Shown here piece by piece: positions 1 to 17,329 of a stretch of 64,000 nucleotides of DNA. The notes beneath the pieces are model-generated. The model saw only the letters and a program-made list of their open reading frames with translations, ran no database searches and had not been told where the DNA came from. Position numbers and translations under genes: made by a program. This DNA comes from the human T2T-CHM13v2.0 reference genome, Homo sapiens: NCBI RefSeq assembly GCF_009914755.1, contig NC_060933.1. The stretch is one strand, 5' to 3'. Position 1 is the first letter of the stretch, and every line of letters starts with the position of its first letter.

Positions 1-58
1 AAATAAACACTTTAAAAATAGAGAATAATAAACACTTTAAAAATAAAGAATAATGTCA

Positions 59-80
59 GAGCGAGACTCCGTCTCAAAAA
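59..80 (+). mobile_element. Extremely 5'-truncated Alu (last ~17 nt plus short poly-A) with 14-bp TSD
   Basis: GAGCGAGACTCCGTCTC+A-tract is the Alu 3' terminus; flanked by AAAGAATAATGTCA at 45-58 and 81-94. Confidence 0.8.
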
Positions 81-1814
81 AAAGAATAATGTCATCCATT
101 TATCTAGTGAAATTCACAATACATCAAGCCCCCATTCAGTACAAATGGCCCTTCAGTAGAAGTCATCAATTAAGCTGAATTTTAAAAAATATCTGTATCA
201 TTATCATCCTCTTTCTAAATACTGTTAGGAATTACTGGTCCTTAAATGATTACATTCACTAATTGTAATAAATTTATTTTGGGATGTCTTAGAAAACAAA
301 CTTGAAGATGAATAAAGCAATGCTCCTTAATACTGAAATTGCTAAACTTCTCATGGAATATAAAAAGCAAATTACTTTTAAAACATACTCTTCCAGGTTA
401 TGTAGCTTAGGGGACTGATTGCAACTCTTATGTGGCTAGTTTTTTTAAAAGTTTGTGATATCCAATAATAGTACTCTTAAAGAGTAATTAACATCTTCAG
501 AATAGGATTCATGAATATTACTCACTGCAGCTTATGGAATCCAAACAAAAGCACAGCCAAGAGCCCAAGGCATGGTTGATATGCAGGAAATAGCCAGACC
601 AGGCTGTTTGGTCAGCAGCCTCAACGCTCCAACTGGAGACTGGAATGGGACTCAAAGGGGCCTGGGATTACGCTTCCCAAAACATGCCAAAGACGGTCAT
701 CTGGCTCAAGAAATCTGGAAATTCAATTTCTTCATTCCCAATAATGCCCTTAAAAAAAGTCAGCTTTAATAAGTATCAAGAGTGTATCCAGTTTTGATGC
801 TCTCCTGCGTACTTAAAAATATTACATACCAACCTTCTGTTTTCATATAATCTCCATTACATAGTTGGGCTTTGCCCACATTCTGGTAATGATGTCTGTC
901 TTTCAAAATTTGCTTTTCTCACAAATAAAGAAAAGAGTCCCTGTTCTCCAGGCAGCCTCTCCTTTTACCTCCTAGCTAGGCTCAACCCCGCCATTCCCTT
1001 CCTTAGTCCTTTGAAACTGGGTCTCACCTGAGGTGGATTTGCTGCCCTGTTCTTTTGGTGAGTTCTGCATGTACCTCTCATCTGCCTCCTCATTTCCTCT
1101 GTGGACTTCGCATTAAGATGACACCTTTGAGGCTGTTCTGGCAGCCTATCCTCAGAAAGACCTCCTTGGGTCCGGCTGCTTCCGGAGATATGAAAGCGGA
1201 ATTGGGTGGGAAGGATGGTTTTAGGAAACTTGAATGCAAATCATATGCAAATGATACTGCTAACAAGCTGTGTGACCCGAGGAAAATCACACAGCATCTC
1301 TGAATCTTTATTTTGGTGATTTGTAAAGGGGAGATTCTCACCCCAACTCCCCTCATTTGGAGCAAGATGGTCATGAAATGACGAAAGCAAAGGAGCTCTG
1401 TAAACCACAAAGAGCTGTCCAGAGGTCAACAGATGTTATTTATTCTCCTAGCAACATCACTGCTTTCATCTGGGCAGCTGTTAGCAGCTGCATTATTCTT
1501 CCCCCCACAGGTCCCAGCATTCCCATCTCTCCTGTCATCCTACTCCAGGAGGGCCCATCCCAGTGACCCCAGTTTCAGTTTCACAGAAGGTGCAGCTGGG
1601 TCCTTTTCCTCTGCAGCTGAAGCACTCAGTTTGCCAGAAGCCTGCCCCTCAGATAACTTCTTAAAATGCCGTTAAAGCATGCCAAACTTCCTCTCAGTTC
1701 CTGAAGCAAAACACAAGCAGCTGGCAAGTGGTTAACCCAAGCCACCCTCACCACCGCACCATCACACATATCTGGGGACAACAAAACGATGCTAACAGGG
1801 CATAAGCTTTGAGG

Positions 1815-1945
1815 TGTGATGGGCCTGGATTTGAATCCTGCCCTCAACCATTACCAGCAGTGTGATCTTGGGCAAGTCTCTTAACTTCTGTGAGCCTCAA
1901 TTTTCTCATCTATAAAATGGAAACAATAATACCTCACAGGGGCAC
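1815..1945 (+). mobile_element. MIR SINE fragment
   Basis: MIR core: TTTGAATCCTG...TGTGATCTTGGGCAAGT...GAGCCTCAATTTTCTCATCTATAAAATGG. Confidence 0.8.
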
Positions 1946-3493
1946 TTGGTAGATGATGATCATTATGATGATGATAATAATATGACAGAAATGCGGGGAG
2001 CTTGTTTAGACAGCGTTTAGTTTACTGCTGCTTTTACTGGGACTGTTAATATTTCCTAATAACTTGTTAGGCAAGTTCAAGATTTCCTGGGGCCAGTGTA
2101 CCATTTGAAGGTCTGGGGAGAGAAGCCCTGCGTAGTCCCCCTAGACGACCCGCTTTTTTCCTAGGGTCTCATCCAAGATAAATCCCATTTCTCATACCAT
2201 GCTCCATATCTCCAGAAAATTGGATTAATACAAATAAAACTCTTGGAATAATTCCAAACTGAGCCACTCACTGTTCCCCAAGTAAGCCCCTCATAGTCTT
2301 GCCTCTGGGTGCATGTTCACACAATCCCCTCCACCAGGACAGCCTGTCCCCCTTGCAGTGCCAATAGGCATATGCCAATCTTTCATAGCCATCTTTCCAG
2401 TCTCATCAGCTCAGCCTCCCCTGGTACTCAGAGTTCTTGGCAAACATGTCTTCTCTCTCTCTGCCCTGATGCCTCTAGGAGGGCAGAGGCCCTGCTACCA
2501 TCTCCCAGGGAGAAAACAGAGTGGGGCTTAAGGGGAGGAGGGGCTGTGGGAGGTGGTACCAAAAACTGACACAGGAAGAAGAAAGAACCAGGAATCAGAA
2601 AGATAAATTACTGAAGCCAGGGAAAATTTGCATCAGAGGGTCACTCTGTGATAGGACAGGATTTTCATGAAGGGAAAATTCAGTTTAGTGTAAGAAATCA
2701 AACAAGAGAAGCGCTATGGGGAGTCTTTACCCAGAAAAGATGCAAAATATCTTCACAGGGCTTCCCATGTGCAATGTTCTACAAGGCCATTATTAAAATC
2801 CATAAATGGTGAGAAGCTAGATGAGAACCCAGAATAACATTAGTGTTCAATCAGTGCAGGAACAATCATCAATAAGGCCAACAGGAGAGGTTCAGAGAAC
2901 AGCAGAGACATTCACACTGTGCTGGAGGCCTCTCCTCCTCCAGGTGATTCCTGTGTGTTTAACGTTTCTTTATTCCTGCAGTATCCTGTGTATCATGACT
3001 GTACTCTTACAGGTTCATTGGGGACAGAGCTGAGTCTGTTTCCTGCTTGTCTTCTTGATGTCCAACACAGGGCCAGCCACAGAGCCCATCTCCATAACTG
3101 GGTGCTAGACCATGCCTCCTGCTCATGTTTCCTCACACCTGAGTGAGCCTTCCTGCGTTGAAGGCCAAGTCTGCATCTCTAGGCTTTGACTCTGAAGCCA
3201 GTCTCTTTTCATGGCAGCTCAATCATCATGCTGGCTGAGAGGTCTCAGTAAATATCTATTGACAGAGATCTCGCACACTTCTGGTCTCCTCTTTACTTAC
3301 CTGTCAAACTCTGGCAGCAATGCCTTCTCAACCCCACCTGTCCTCCAGCTCTGAATCCTATCCTGGCCCAAAGTAGAGGGAAGAACAAGGTCTTGGTGTA
3401 GGTATCAGCCAACATAGCAACTCACTCAATTCTGACTTCATATCCAGAAGAAGACTTTTCACTATCTAGTCTATGTTATAAAAATGGATTTAA

Positions 3494-3808
<315 letters not shown>

Positions 3809-3969
3809 TTAGAGGACAATCACCTTAATAAATCACCTGTTTTTATTTCTGCTTGTTCCAGTATAGACATAACTTTTGTATAGCACAGAACCTTAGAATT
3901 ATAATTCTTCATTCTGATTTTTTTTTTTTGCTTCATAATATAATCATTTTTTCCCTATGCTGTTGTCTG

Positions 3970-4410
3970 GTCCTTCATAGTTGCATAATATTTGCATTGG
4001 GTCAATGTAGCACAATTTACTTAACCAGCTCACTAGTTTTTGGTGACTTCCAAATTGGTGCTAAAATTACATTGCAATGACAATCTTGGTGGATATTATT
4101 TTTCTGAATTTAGAATTATTTTCTAAGGATAGATTTTCAGAAAAGGAATCAATGAATTAAAGAGTATGAGTGTTTTTGAAACTCTTAATATATAGTGCCA
4201 AATTAAAGTTAGTGGGGTATTTTTAACTAATTTATGTTGCCATGAGCAATGTGTAAGTACTTCAGTTTCATCACAACATCACCTATATTGGGTGTCATGA
4301 TTATTTAACATTTTTGCTAATTTAGAATGTATAAGTGATACCTCATTTTGAAAAAAATTTGCCCTTCTTTAATCACTGGTGAAGTTGGCAGATTTCTCTT
4401 ATGTTTCTCT
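3970..4410 (-). mobile_element. Old L1M ORF2 3' fragment
   Basis: Degenerate antisense L1 motifs (TTTTGCTAATTT...GTGATACCTCATT...ATTTGCCCTTCTTTAATCACTGGTGAAGTTG). Confidence 0.6.
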
Positions 4411-4823
4411 TATGCTCATATCTCCTCTTGGAGATCTTGACAGTGCTAGAATTTCTGCTCTGGTGGTGAAGATACCCAGTGTTTTAGTTCTTGCATTTGT
4501 AACCTGTGCTCCCTCACTCTGGCTTTTTCCCCTAGTTGCTAATCTCTCTGACACAACTTGATCTCACGTTTGTCAACCATTTTACCAAAGTCTAAAAACT
4601 TGGGTAGGGATTTATAATCATGGATTAAGAGAATGTCAGATGCAGTTAAAAGTTTAGGTTTCAGGGCAAACTCTGGTATTTTCTTGTTTGTTCATTTTTT
4701 AAACTGTGCGACATTAACTTCACTTTTTCTCTCTGGGGTGTCTCTTTTCTCACCTGCAGAAAAGAGTAATACCACTTACCCACTTACCCTACAGTGTTGT
4801 CTGAGCACTTTGAGCTTTATAAA

Positions 4824-5325
4824 AGAAGTGTCAGCTAAATTTTTCTGTAAAGGGCAGATAGGAAATATTTTAGGTTAGCAGGTCATCTGGTCCCTGACAC
4901 ACTACTAAACTCTGCCACTGAAACATGAAAGTAGTGTAGACAATAGTAAAAATAAATTAGCATGGCTATTGTTCAATAAATTTTTCTTTATAGATACCAA
5001 AATTAATTTACCTGTAAATACATAATTTATACTTTATATTGATTTTTTAAAATATAATATATAACATTGCAAATTATATAACAAGGATATATATATAATT
5101 ATATGTGGTATATTTTATACTTATATGTAAATTATATAATTACATATAATTATATATATTTTTAATTTTGTATAATTTCCATTATATACAATGTGTCACA
5201 AAATACTGTTCTTTTGATTTTTTTCTGACCATTTAAAATTGCAAAAACCATTTTTTGCTCATGGGCTGTACAAAAACAGGGAGCAGGCTGGATTTGACCC
5301 ATGGACTCTAGCTCAGCCAGCTGCT
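4824..5325 (-). mobile_element. MER58B (hAT-Charlie MITE) with internal AT-rich expansion
   Basis: TTTTTCTGTAAAGGGCAGATAG-AAATATTTTAGG start and TGTACAAAAACAGG...GGATTTGACCC end; TA-rich low-complexity stretch ~5010-5190. Confidence 0.8.
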
Positions 5326-5404
5326 TCTCTAAAGCCCTAACCAGCTTAAGATCTCATGGGATAGTCAAAACAAATCAATACTCAGGACAGGCAATAGTAC
5401 CGTC

Positions 5405-5520
5405 CCTGATTTTTAGTAGAGAAAACAAGGGACAAAGAAAGTTAAATGACTTGTCCAAGGTCGCACAGCCAGTATAAGGAAGGGCTGGAATTGGGATCAG
5501 ATCTGGCTAACTCCAAATCC
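5405..5520 (-). mobile_element. MIR fragment
   Basis: GTTAAATGACTTGTCCAAGGTCGCACAGCCAGT antisense core. Confidence 0.7.
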
Positions 5521-7319
5521 CAAACAATGTGGTTGTGGCCAGCTTCCTCCCCAGTCAGTGATCCCAGTCCTGGTCCAACTCCCTTGTGTCAGAATCTATT
5601 CCCAGATCCCTGAGTTTTCTGACCCATGGTTGAGTGACTCCTTCCTCAACCTGTTCCACACTGACCCCACCCAAGGCCAGAGACTAACATGGCCCCAAAT
5701 CAGAAAAAAACAAAACAAGCCTTTCTACCTTCTACAAAAAGCCTCTTTATCCTCCAACCACAAAGTCACGTATTTGCAGAACCAAGCACCAAGTTTCCAC
5801 ATTCATGGAGATGTTTAGTGGTACATAGACAGGACTCAAATCTGTCTGCCACAAACACTCTGCAAACATTCACTTGTCCAATCAGCTCTGATTATCAATC
5901 TTCTCCCTTATGACATGTGACCACAATCACATTTTTCTTTTTTGTTTCTTTTTGATGAGTCCCATACTCTTGGAGGACAAGACCAGCATCAATAGAAAAA
6001 TCACTACTCTTGGAAACAGGAAATCCTGGTACAACAAGAGCCCACATCATCTGGTGGAACAAGAAAAGGCTTTTGCAAATGGTAACCAGAGTTCAAGAGG
6101 TGGTTCTGCCACTAATGACCTGACTTCCCTGAGGTTTAGTTTCTCAGCTGAAAATGAACACAATTAGCTTTAAATGAGAAGACATTTTTAAGTGTCTCTT
6201 GTAATCTGTAGACTTATATACAAATACTAGGTAATGATGCTGTCTGTGATAAGGCTCGTACAATTTCAAACTAACACTTTAACTTGAATTATGACTTTGT
6301 CAGCTCTATTCAAGATGTAATCCTTGTCAGCTTCTACAGAAACTCAAAGGCAATGTTTCCAGGAGATTTTTTTTACCCCAAGCCTTACTTTCTTTCCTGC
6401 ATGAATGGGAACTGAATTCATTATTAATTCCTCTGGCAGGAGCACAAATCCAGGGTGTATGTGGTTTGAAGTGACAAACGATAGGATGCTATTGCAGGGG
6501 CTTGTGTGGGGGCGGGCAGCATCAGCAGAGGAGAGAACTCCATTGTCCCAGGCAGTGGCATCGGCAGCCTCTGTGTGGCACCAAGGCCACCACCTACAAA
6601 GAGCACATCACAAAGCCTCCCCCAGTATCAGCACTCATGCTGATGGGGCTCTGAAATCCCAGGGATGTCAGATACACACCTCACCCAGCCTTTATAAGAA
6701 CTCATTCACTTATACTAGAATCCTTGCCTTGGGTTCTGATCACAGCCTATTCAGAGCTAAAAGAGATCCTGCATCACCTGGTCTAATCTATTTCATTTCA
6801 CTTATGGGGAAACTGAGACTCATATAGTGAAAGTGACTTGCTCAAGTTATAGAAGCCCTTGTCTTAGCATTAGAAGATTTTGGTGTAAGTTCTTGTTCTG
6901 CAACCAACTAGCTATGTAACTTCGGTCAGATTATCCTTGTTGAAAGATGACTAACTCTATCATCAATAAAAATTAGCATTTTGATAGGACTTGAGGGTTC
7001 ATCAACTGTATTCACAATCTAATACTTACCATAAACATTAAGACAGGGCAGGCATTGTAGGAATCTGCATTTTCTCTAAGAAGAAAGAGAAGCTCAAAGA
7101 AGCAAAGTGATTTTCAGGTTTGCACAGCTAATAAGGGAAAACTTACACCTACCTTCTGGCTCCAAATATTGTGTTTTCTCCATCAATGAATACTGTTTAA
7201 TTTCCTCAGTAATAAAACATTTAAAATTTGTTTTGTAAGTCCTGAAGGATATATGTAAAAGTATGTTTGAGCTAAAAACTGCTTGATCACTGGTTTCCAA
7301 CATTTTGAAAATAGGGAAG

Positions 7320-7906
7320 TATATTCGTTATCTATTTATGGAGAATAAACCACCCCAAAACTTAGCAGCTTATAACAGCAAATATTTATACTCTCATATA
7401 GGTTCAGAGTCAGGGACATGGAAACAGCTTACCTGTGAGATTCTGACTCAAAGTCACTGACAAAATTGCGGTCAGGCCATCAGGGATGCAGTCATCTCAA
7501 GACTTGCCTGGGGCTGGAATCCTCTTCTAGACTCTCTCTTGTGGTTGGCAGCAGGCCTCAGTTCTTCACTGGCTGTTGGCCTTTGGAGCAAAACCCCCAA
7601 TCCTATCCATAGGTTGTCTGAGTGTCTTTTTGATGTGCCAGCTGGCTTTCTTTAGATTAAGGGATCAAAGAAAGAGATACAGAGAGAGAAAGAAAGAGAA
7701 AGAGAGAGAGAGAGACCACCCAAGATGGAAGGCACAGTCTTTTTATAACCTAATATTAAGGGTGATATACCATCACTTCTGCAGTATTCTATTCATCAGA
7801 AACATGTCACTAAGTCCAGCCCACATGGAAAGGGAGAGCATTACACAATGACATGAATATCAGGAAATGAGGATCACAGGGGCCATTCTGGAGGCTGGCT
7901 ACCATA
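7320..7906 (-). mobile_element. MLT1F-class MaLR solo LTR
   Basis: Reverse complement begins TATGGTAGCCAGCCTCCAGAATGGCCCC...GATCCTC; other end ACCACCCCAAAACTTAG. Confidence 0.75.
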
Positions 7907-7938
7907 TGACCCCTTTATAATTCTAAAATTTTTGCTGA

Positions 7939-8258
<320 letters not shown>

Positions 8259-8399
8259 TAATTTTTATATCATCTGTTTGACTGAAAAAAAAAGTAGACT
8301 AAACTATATGAAATTGCCCAGGTTTACCTGTTTGTGACCACAAAAATGGCAATTTCATATGATTCAAGCTAATTTTTCATCTCTAGAAGCTCTCAGGTA

Positions 8400-9290
8400 G
8401 AGGAGGAGCCAAGATGGCCGAATAGGAACAGCTCCGGTCTAGAGCGACGCAGAAGACGGGTGATTTCTGCATTTCCATCTGAGGTACCGGGTTCATCTCA
8501 CTAGGGAGTGCCAGACAGTGGGCGCAGGCCAGTTGGTGCGCGCACCGTGCGCGAGCCGAAGCAGGGCGAGGCATTGCCTCACCTGGGAAGCGCAAGGGGT
8601 CAGGGAGTTCCCTTTCCGAGTCAAAGAAAGGGGTGACGGACGCACCTGGAAAATCGGGTCACTCCCACCCGAATATTGCCCTTTTCAGACCGGCTTAAAA
8701 AATGGCGCACCACGAGACTATATCCCACACCTGGCTCGGAGGGTCCTACGCCCACGGAATCTCGCTGATGGCTAGCACAGCAGTCTGAGATCAAACTGCA
8801 AGGCGGCAGCGAGGCTGGGGGAGGGGCGCCCGCCATTGCCCAGGCTTGCTTAGGTAAACAAAGCAGCTGGAAGCTCGAACTGGGTGGAGCCCACCACAGC
8901 TCAAGGAGGCCTGCCTGCCACTGTAGGCTCCACCTCTGGGGGCAGGGCACAGACAAACAAAAAGACAGCAGTAACCTCTGCAGACTTAAATGTCCCTGTC
9001 TGACAGCTTTGAAGAGAGCAGTAGTTCTCCCAGCACGCAGCTGGAGATCTGAGAACGGGCAGACTGCCTCCTCAAGTGGGTCCCTGACCCCTGACCCCCG
9101 AGCAGCCTAACTGGGAGGCACCCCCCAGCAGGGGCACACTGACACCTCACACGGCAGGGTATTCCAACAGACCTGCAGCTGAGGGTCCTGTCTGTTCGAA
9201 GGAAAACTAACAAACAGAAAGGACATCCACACCGAAAACCCATCTGTACATCACCATCATCAAAGACCAAAAGTAGATAAAACCACAAAG
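8400..9290. promoter_or_regulatory. L1 5'UTR CpG-rich bidirectional (sense and antisense) promoter with YY1 site
   Basis: CAAGATGGC at 8410-8418; many CpGs retained in 8400-8900. Confidence 0.8.
8621..8836 (-). CDS. ORF0: L1 antisense ORF0, intact 71 aa
   Basis: MAGAPPPASLPPCSLISDCCASHQRDSVGVGPSEPGVGYSLVVRHFLSRSEKGNIRVGVTRFSRCVRHPFL; ATG is CAT at 8834-8836. Confidence 0.85.
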   Translation of the reverse strand: MAGAPPPASLPPCSLISDCCASHQRDSVGVGPSEPGVGYSLVVRHFLSRSEKGNIRVGVTRFSRCVRHPFL

Positions 9291-10306
9291 ATGGGGGAAA
9301 AACATAACAGAAAAACTGGAAACTCTAAAACGCAGAGCATCTCTCCTCCTCCAAAGGAACGCAGTTCCTCACCAGCAACGGAACAAAGCTGGATGGAGAA
9401 TGACTTTGACAGCTGAAAGAAGAAGGCTTCAGAAGATCAAATTACTCTGAGCTACGGGAGGACATTCAAACCAAAGGCAAAGAAGTTGAAAACTTTGAAA
9501 AAAATTTAGAAGAATGTATAACTAGAATAACCAATACATAGAAGTGCTTAAAGGAGCTGATGGAGCTGAAAACCAAGGCTCGAGAACTACGTGAAGAATG
9601 CAGAAGCCTCAGGAGCCGATGCGATCAACTGGAAGAAAGGGTATCAGCAATGGAAGATGAAATGAATGAAATGAAGCGAGAAGGGAAGTTTAGAGAAAAA
9701 AGAATAAAAAGAAATGAGCAAAGCCTCCAAGAAATATGGGACTATGTGAAAAGACCAAATCTACGTCTGATTGGTGTACCTGAAAGTGATGGGGAGAATG
9801 GAACCAAGTTGGAAAACACTCTGCAGGATTTTATCCAGGAGAACTTCCCCAATCTAGCAAGGCAGGCCAACGTTCAGATTCAGGAAATACAGAGAATGCC
9901 ACAAAGATACTCCTCGAGAAGAGCAACTCCAAGACACATAATTGTCAGATTCACCAAAGTGGAAATGAAGGAAAAAATGTTAAGGGCAGCCAGAGAGAAA
10001 GGTCGGGTTACCCTCAAAGGGAAGCCCATCAGACTAACAGCGGATCTCTCGGCAGAAACCCTACAAGCCAGAAGAGAGTGGGGGCCAATATTCAACATTC
10101 TTAAAGAAAAGAATTTTCAACCCAGAATTTCATATCCAGCCAAACTAAGCTTCATAAGTGAAGGAGAAATAAAATACTTTACAGACAAGCAAATGCTGAG
10201 AGATTTTGTCATCACCAGGCCTGCCCTACAAGAGCTCCTGAAGGAAGCGCTAAACATGGAAAGGAACAACCGGTACCAGCTGCTGCAAAATCATGCCAAA
10301 ATGTAA
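9291..10306 (+). pseudogene. ORF1: L1 ORF1p, disrupted
   Basis: ATG at 9291; 1-bp deletion near 9411 (GAC AGC TGA); in-frame TAG at 9539-9541; C-terminal 248 aa still open (9560-10306). Confidence 0.92.
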
Positions 10307-10342
10307 AGATCATCGAGACTAGGAAGAAACTGCATCAACTAA

Positions 10343-14193
<3,851 letters not shown>

Positions 14194-14867
14194 ACAATGA
14201 GATCACATGGACACAGGAAGGGGAATATCACACTCTGGGGACTGTTGTGGGGTGGGGGGAGGGGGGAGAGATAGCATTGGGAGATATACCTAATGCTAGA
14301 TGATGAGTTAGTGGGTGCAGTGCACCAGCATGGCACATGTATACATATGTATCTAACCTGCACAATGTGCACATGTACCCTAAAACTTAAATTAAAAAAA
14401 AAAAAAGAAGCTCTCAGGTATTCATGAACACTTTTTGATGATGCTGTACTTCATTAATTGCAATAGCATGTGTGTTCTTAGGGAAAATGTTACTTTTATA
14501 GTTGGAGGTATGTTATTTATTCAGTCTTGAGACAGCAACTGGTGAGAAATGGGTTTATGACTTCTCCTCACCTCTCTAGAATTAACTGCATAGGCCCCCA
14601 GGGGTCCACAACCTAAAGACTTAATCAATGCACAAGCTGGATGTAAGATACCACTAACTCTAGTAGATGCCCAATGTCCTTTCTATAACAACATACTGCC
14701 TTCCAGTAGGTGTCTTTATTAGACAAGCAACAGCCCTTTCTGTTAAACTGAACAATTCTAATGAGTCAGTTCTGATTTGCCAATAGCTGCCCCAGATCAT
14801 TCAGAGCCTTTTTGTTATAATTCTCAGAACCGAAGCAATAAACTGGAAGGAATTGTATCATTTATTA

Positions 14868-15153
14868 CCTGGTGTGGTGCCTCACACCTGTAATCCCAGC
14901 AATTTGGGAAGCCAAGGTGGGCAGATTGTTTGAGCTCAGGAGTTCGAGACTGGCCTGGGCAACATGGCAAAACCCCATCCCTACCAAAAAATATAAAAAT
15001 TAGCCAAAAGTGGTGATGTGCACCAGTAGTCCTAGCTAATTGGGAGGCTAAGGTGGGAGGATCACTTGGCCGGAGAGGTTGAGTCTGCAGTGAGCCATGA
15101 TTGTGCCACTGCACTCCAGGCTGGGTGACAGAGTGAGACCCTGTCTCAAAAAA
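14868..15153 (+). mobile_element. AluJ
   Basis: GGGAGGATCACTTG and GAGACCCTGTCTC AluJ diagnostics; high divergence. Confidence 0.9.
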
Positions 15154-15439
15154 GGGGGAAAAAAGCTCATTTATCATTTTAGCCTCTTAACTTTTGAGAG
15201 ACAGTACTTGGGCCATCAGTCTGCTGCATCCTCACTGATTTTCAGTTAATGCTCTTACTATGAATACTAGTCCATAAAAAGTAGTTGATACTAATTGTTC
15301 AGTTCAGGGAACTGCTAACCTACACAGTTACTGAGAAACTGCTATGGGCAGAAATTACTCCATCTTCTGGGGATTCAGTAGTGAATGAGACAGACAGATC
15401 TTTGCTGTCATATATTTTACATTCTTATAGTTCCCACAC

Positions 15440-15550
15440 CTGGCTTTCTAGAAATGCAGATCCTTGGGACCCACTCTAGATTTATTCACTTTTAAAGCCC
15501 TGCAGATGACTGAAATAGCTAAGTCCATGTCCAGCATTTGAGAAACAGTG
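15440..15550. mobile_element. MER5-type hAT MITE fragment
   Basis: AGAAATGCAGATCCTTGGGACCCAC...TTTGAGAAACAGTG. Confidence 0.5.
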
Positions 15551-15579
15551 GTGCATATTTCAGTTCTCAGCTTCTTCAT

Positions 15580-15990
15580 CTGTTGTTTATTCCATACCCC
15601 ACAACAATGCTTTCCCCCCTCATTACTTCACAGAGATTGGTCTTGTTAACATCAATGAAGTCCTGATAGCCGACTCCATGGATTATTTCCAACTTCATCT
15701 TACTTTCTCCTTGGTGGCATGATACCGCTGACCACGTCCTGCTTCTTGAAATTCTCCTCCCTTGGCTTTTGAAAGCATTCCCTTTGGGTCCTCCTCCTGC
15801 CTTCACTCTGGTTACTCCCTCTCAGTGGCCTACTGCTGACCCTCTTCCTTTCCCACTTGATAAACAATGGGGTTGCTCAGCACACCAGTCTCAGTCATTG
15901 CTTCTCACTCTCCAAGGAATCCCTGGGCAAATTCCCCCATACTCCTGCTTTAACTAGTCTCTGTCGATGACTTGAAACCCTGTCTAGGAG
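15580..15990 (+). mobile_element. L2 fragment
   Basis: GCTGACCAC...CTTCTTGAAATTCTCCTCCCTTGGCTT L2 motif. Confidence 0.65.
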
Positions 15991-16272
15991 ACCTCAGTCC
16001 CCAAGACCAGTAGCATTAGCACACAACACTCCACAGACCCAAAGATGCAGCCCAACTTTAAAGAAACAGAAGCCCATGCTCCCTTCCCAGAGAGTGAACT
16101 ACACCTTTGGTTTAGAGAAGTCACCAGGTGAGAGTGGGCTTCTGCAAAGATGAGTGCTAAACAATATTTTTATGTTTTAAATTCTGAGCCTGAAGGGGAA
16201 GAAGGGATAAAAGCTATTGATTGAGGGATGAAAAGAACAGGGAAGAGAATTGGGTGGCATGAATGTGACATT

Positions 16273-16365
16273 GTTTGCGTATGTGTTTGTGTGTGTATAT
16301 GCATACTATTTTTATGTATATGTATATTATATATAGTATATATAAAATATATGTGTGGATATATA
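16273..16365. repeat. (TG)/(TA)-rich simple repeat
   Basis: Alternating TG/TA dinucleotides. Confidence 0.75.
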
Positions 16366-17329
16366 GGAGACAATAACTATACCTACTTCACATGGTTATT
16401 ATGAACTAATGTAAATAAAATACTGAACACTGTACCTGGTGCATAGTAAGGATGCATTCCTGTTAGCTTCTTTCCACTGTCTCCAAAATTTTACTTGCTT
16501 AAGTAAATACAAGAAATTTCTGTTTGAGTCAGATCCAGTTGCTAAGCTTAACCTTAGGCTAGAGAGTGGATAACTGCACTCCTGAAATTGCATGCATAAT
16601 TTTGTATAAATATGCATATGTTTGTTTTTCTAAAGATGGAATCCTTAATTTTCATGAAATTCTCAGAGTTTTTGTCTCTAAAAATGTCCAGAATGCTTAG
16701 ATATCATCTGCTGGTCAACATTTCAACAATCATTACTCATCTTTCTCATTCCTAAAAACACTATTTTCCCATCAAGACCTAGACCAGTCACTCAAAGATA
16801 CTCCTTTCTAATAAAATTAATGGTGTCTTCATGCATGCGTGCATTCATTCATTTGTGCAATAGGCACTTATTTGTGATGACTCTATACCTGACATTGTGC
16901 TAAGCCCAGGGCACAGTGAAACACAAACTCTGTAAAATATTCAAAAGGCAACTACTTAACCTATGATGGTTTAAAGTCACTATAACATTTGAAAAAGGGG
17001 TGTCCCAACAGCTTAGGAGCAACAGCTTTAAAATGTGCTCCTGTCAACAGCAACAATTTTTTTTTCCTGAAGCAAGTAGAAAAGAGAGATCATTCAGTGG
17101 GGAATAAAAATGTAGCAGTGTTTTATCTTTAACTGGACAGAAGTTAGGGAGAGACAATCTCCCGGATTTTACCACCTTTCATCCTTGCCTCTTTCTTTTT
17201 AGTTTTTTTTTTTCTTTTTGGACAAAAATCTTCCCTTTATATTCCAGACTTTCTCATTATGAATTGTAGACTCTTGAAGTCTTGGAAATTGGTGGGCCCT
17301 TAATCCATAGATACAAAATATAAATTAGG

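Noticed and set aside
5010-5190. AT-rich palindromic region
   Set aside because: Low-complexity TA expansion inside MER58B; self-complementarity is trivial
6405-6827. 140-aa ORF as a protein-coding gene
   Set aside because: No recognisable domain or exon structure, ends in a MIR, and its length is compatible with chance
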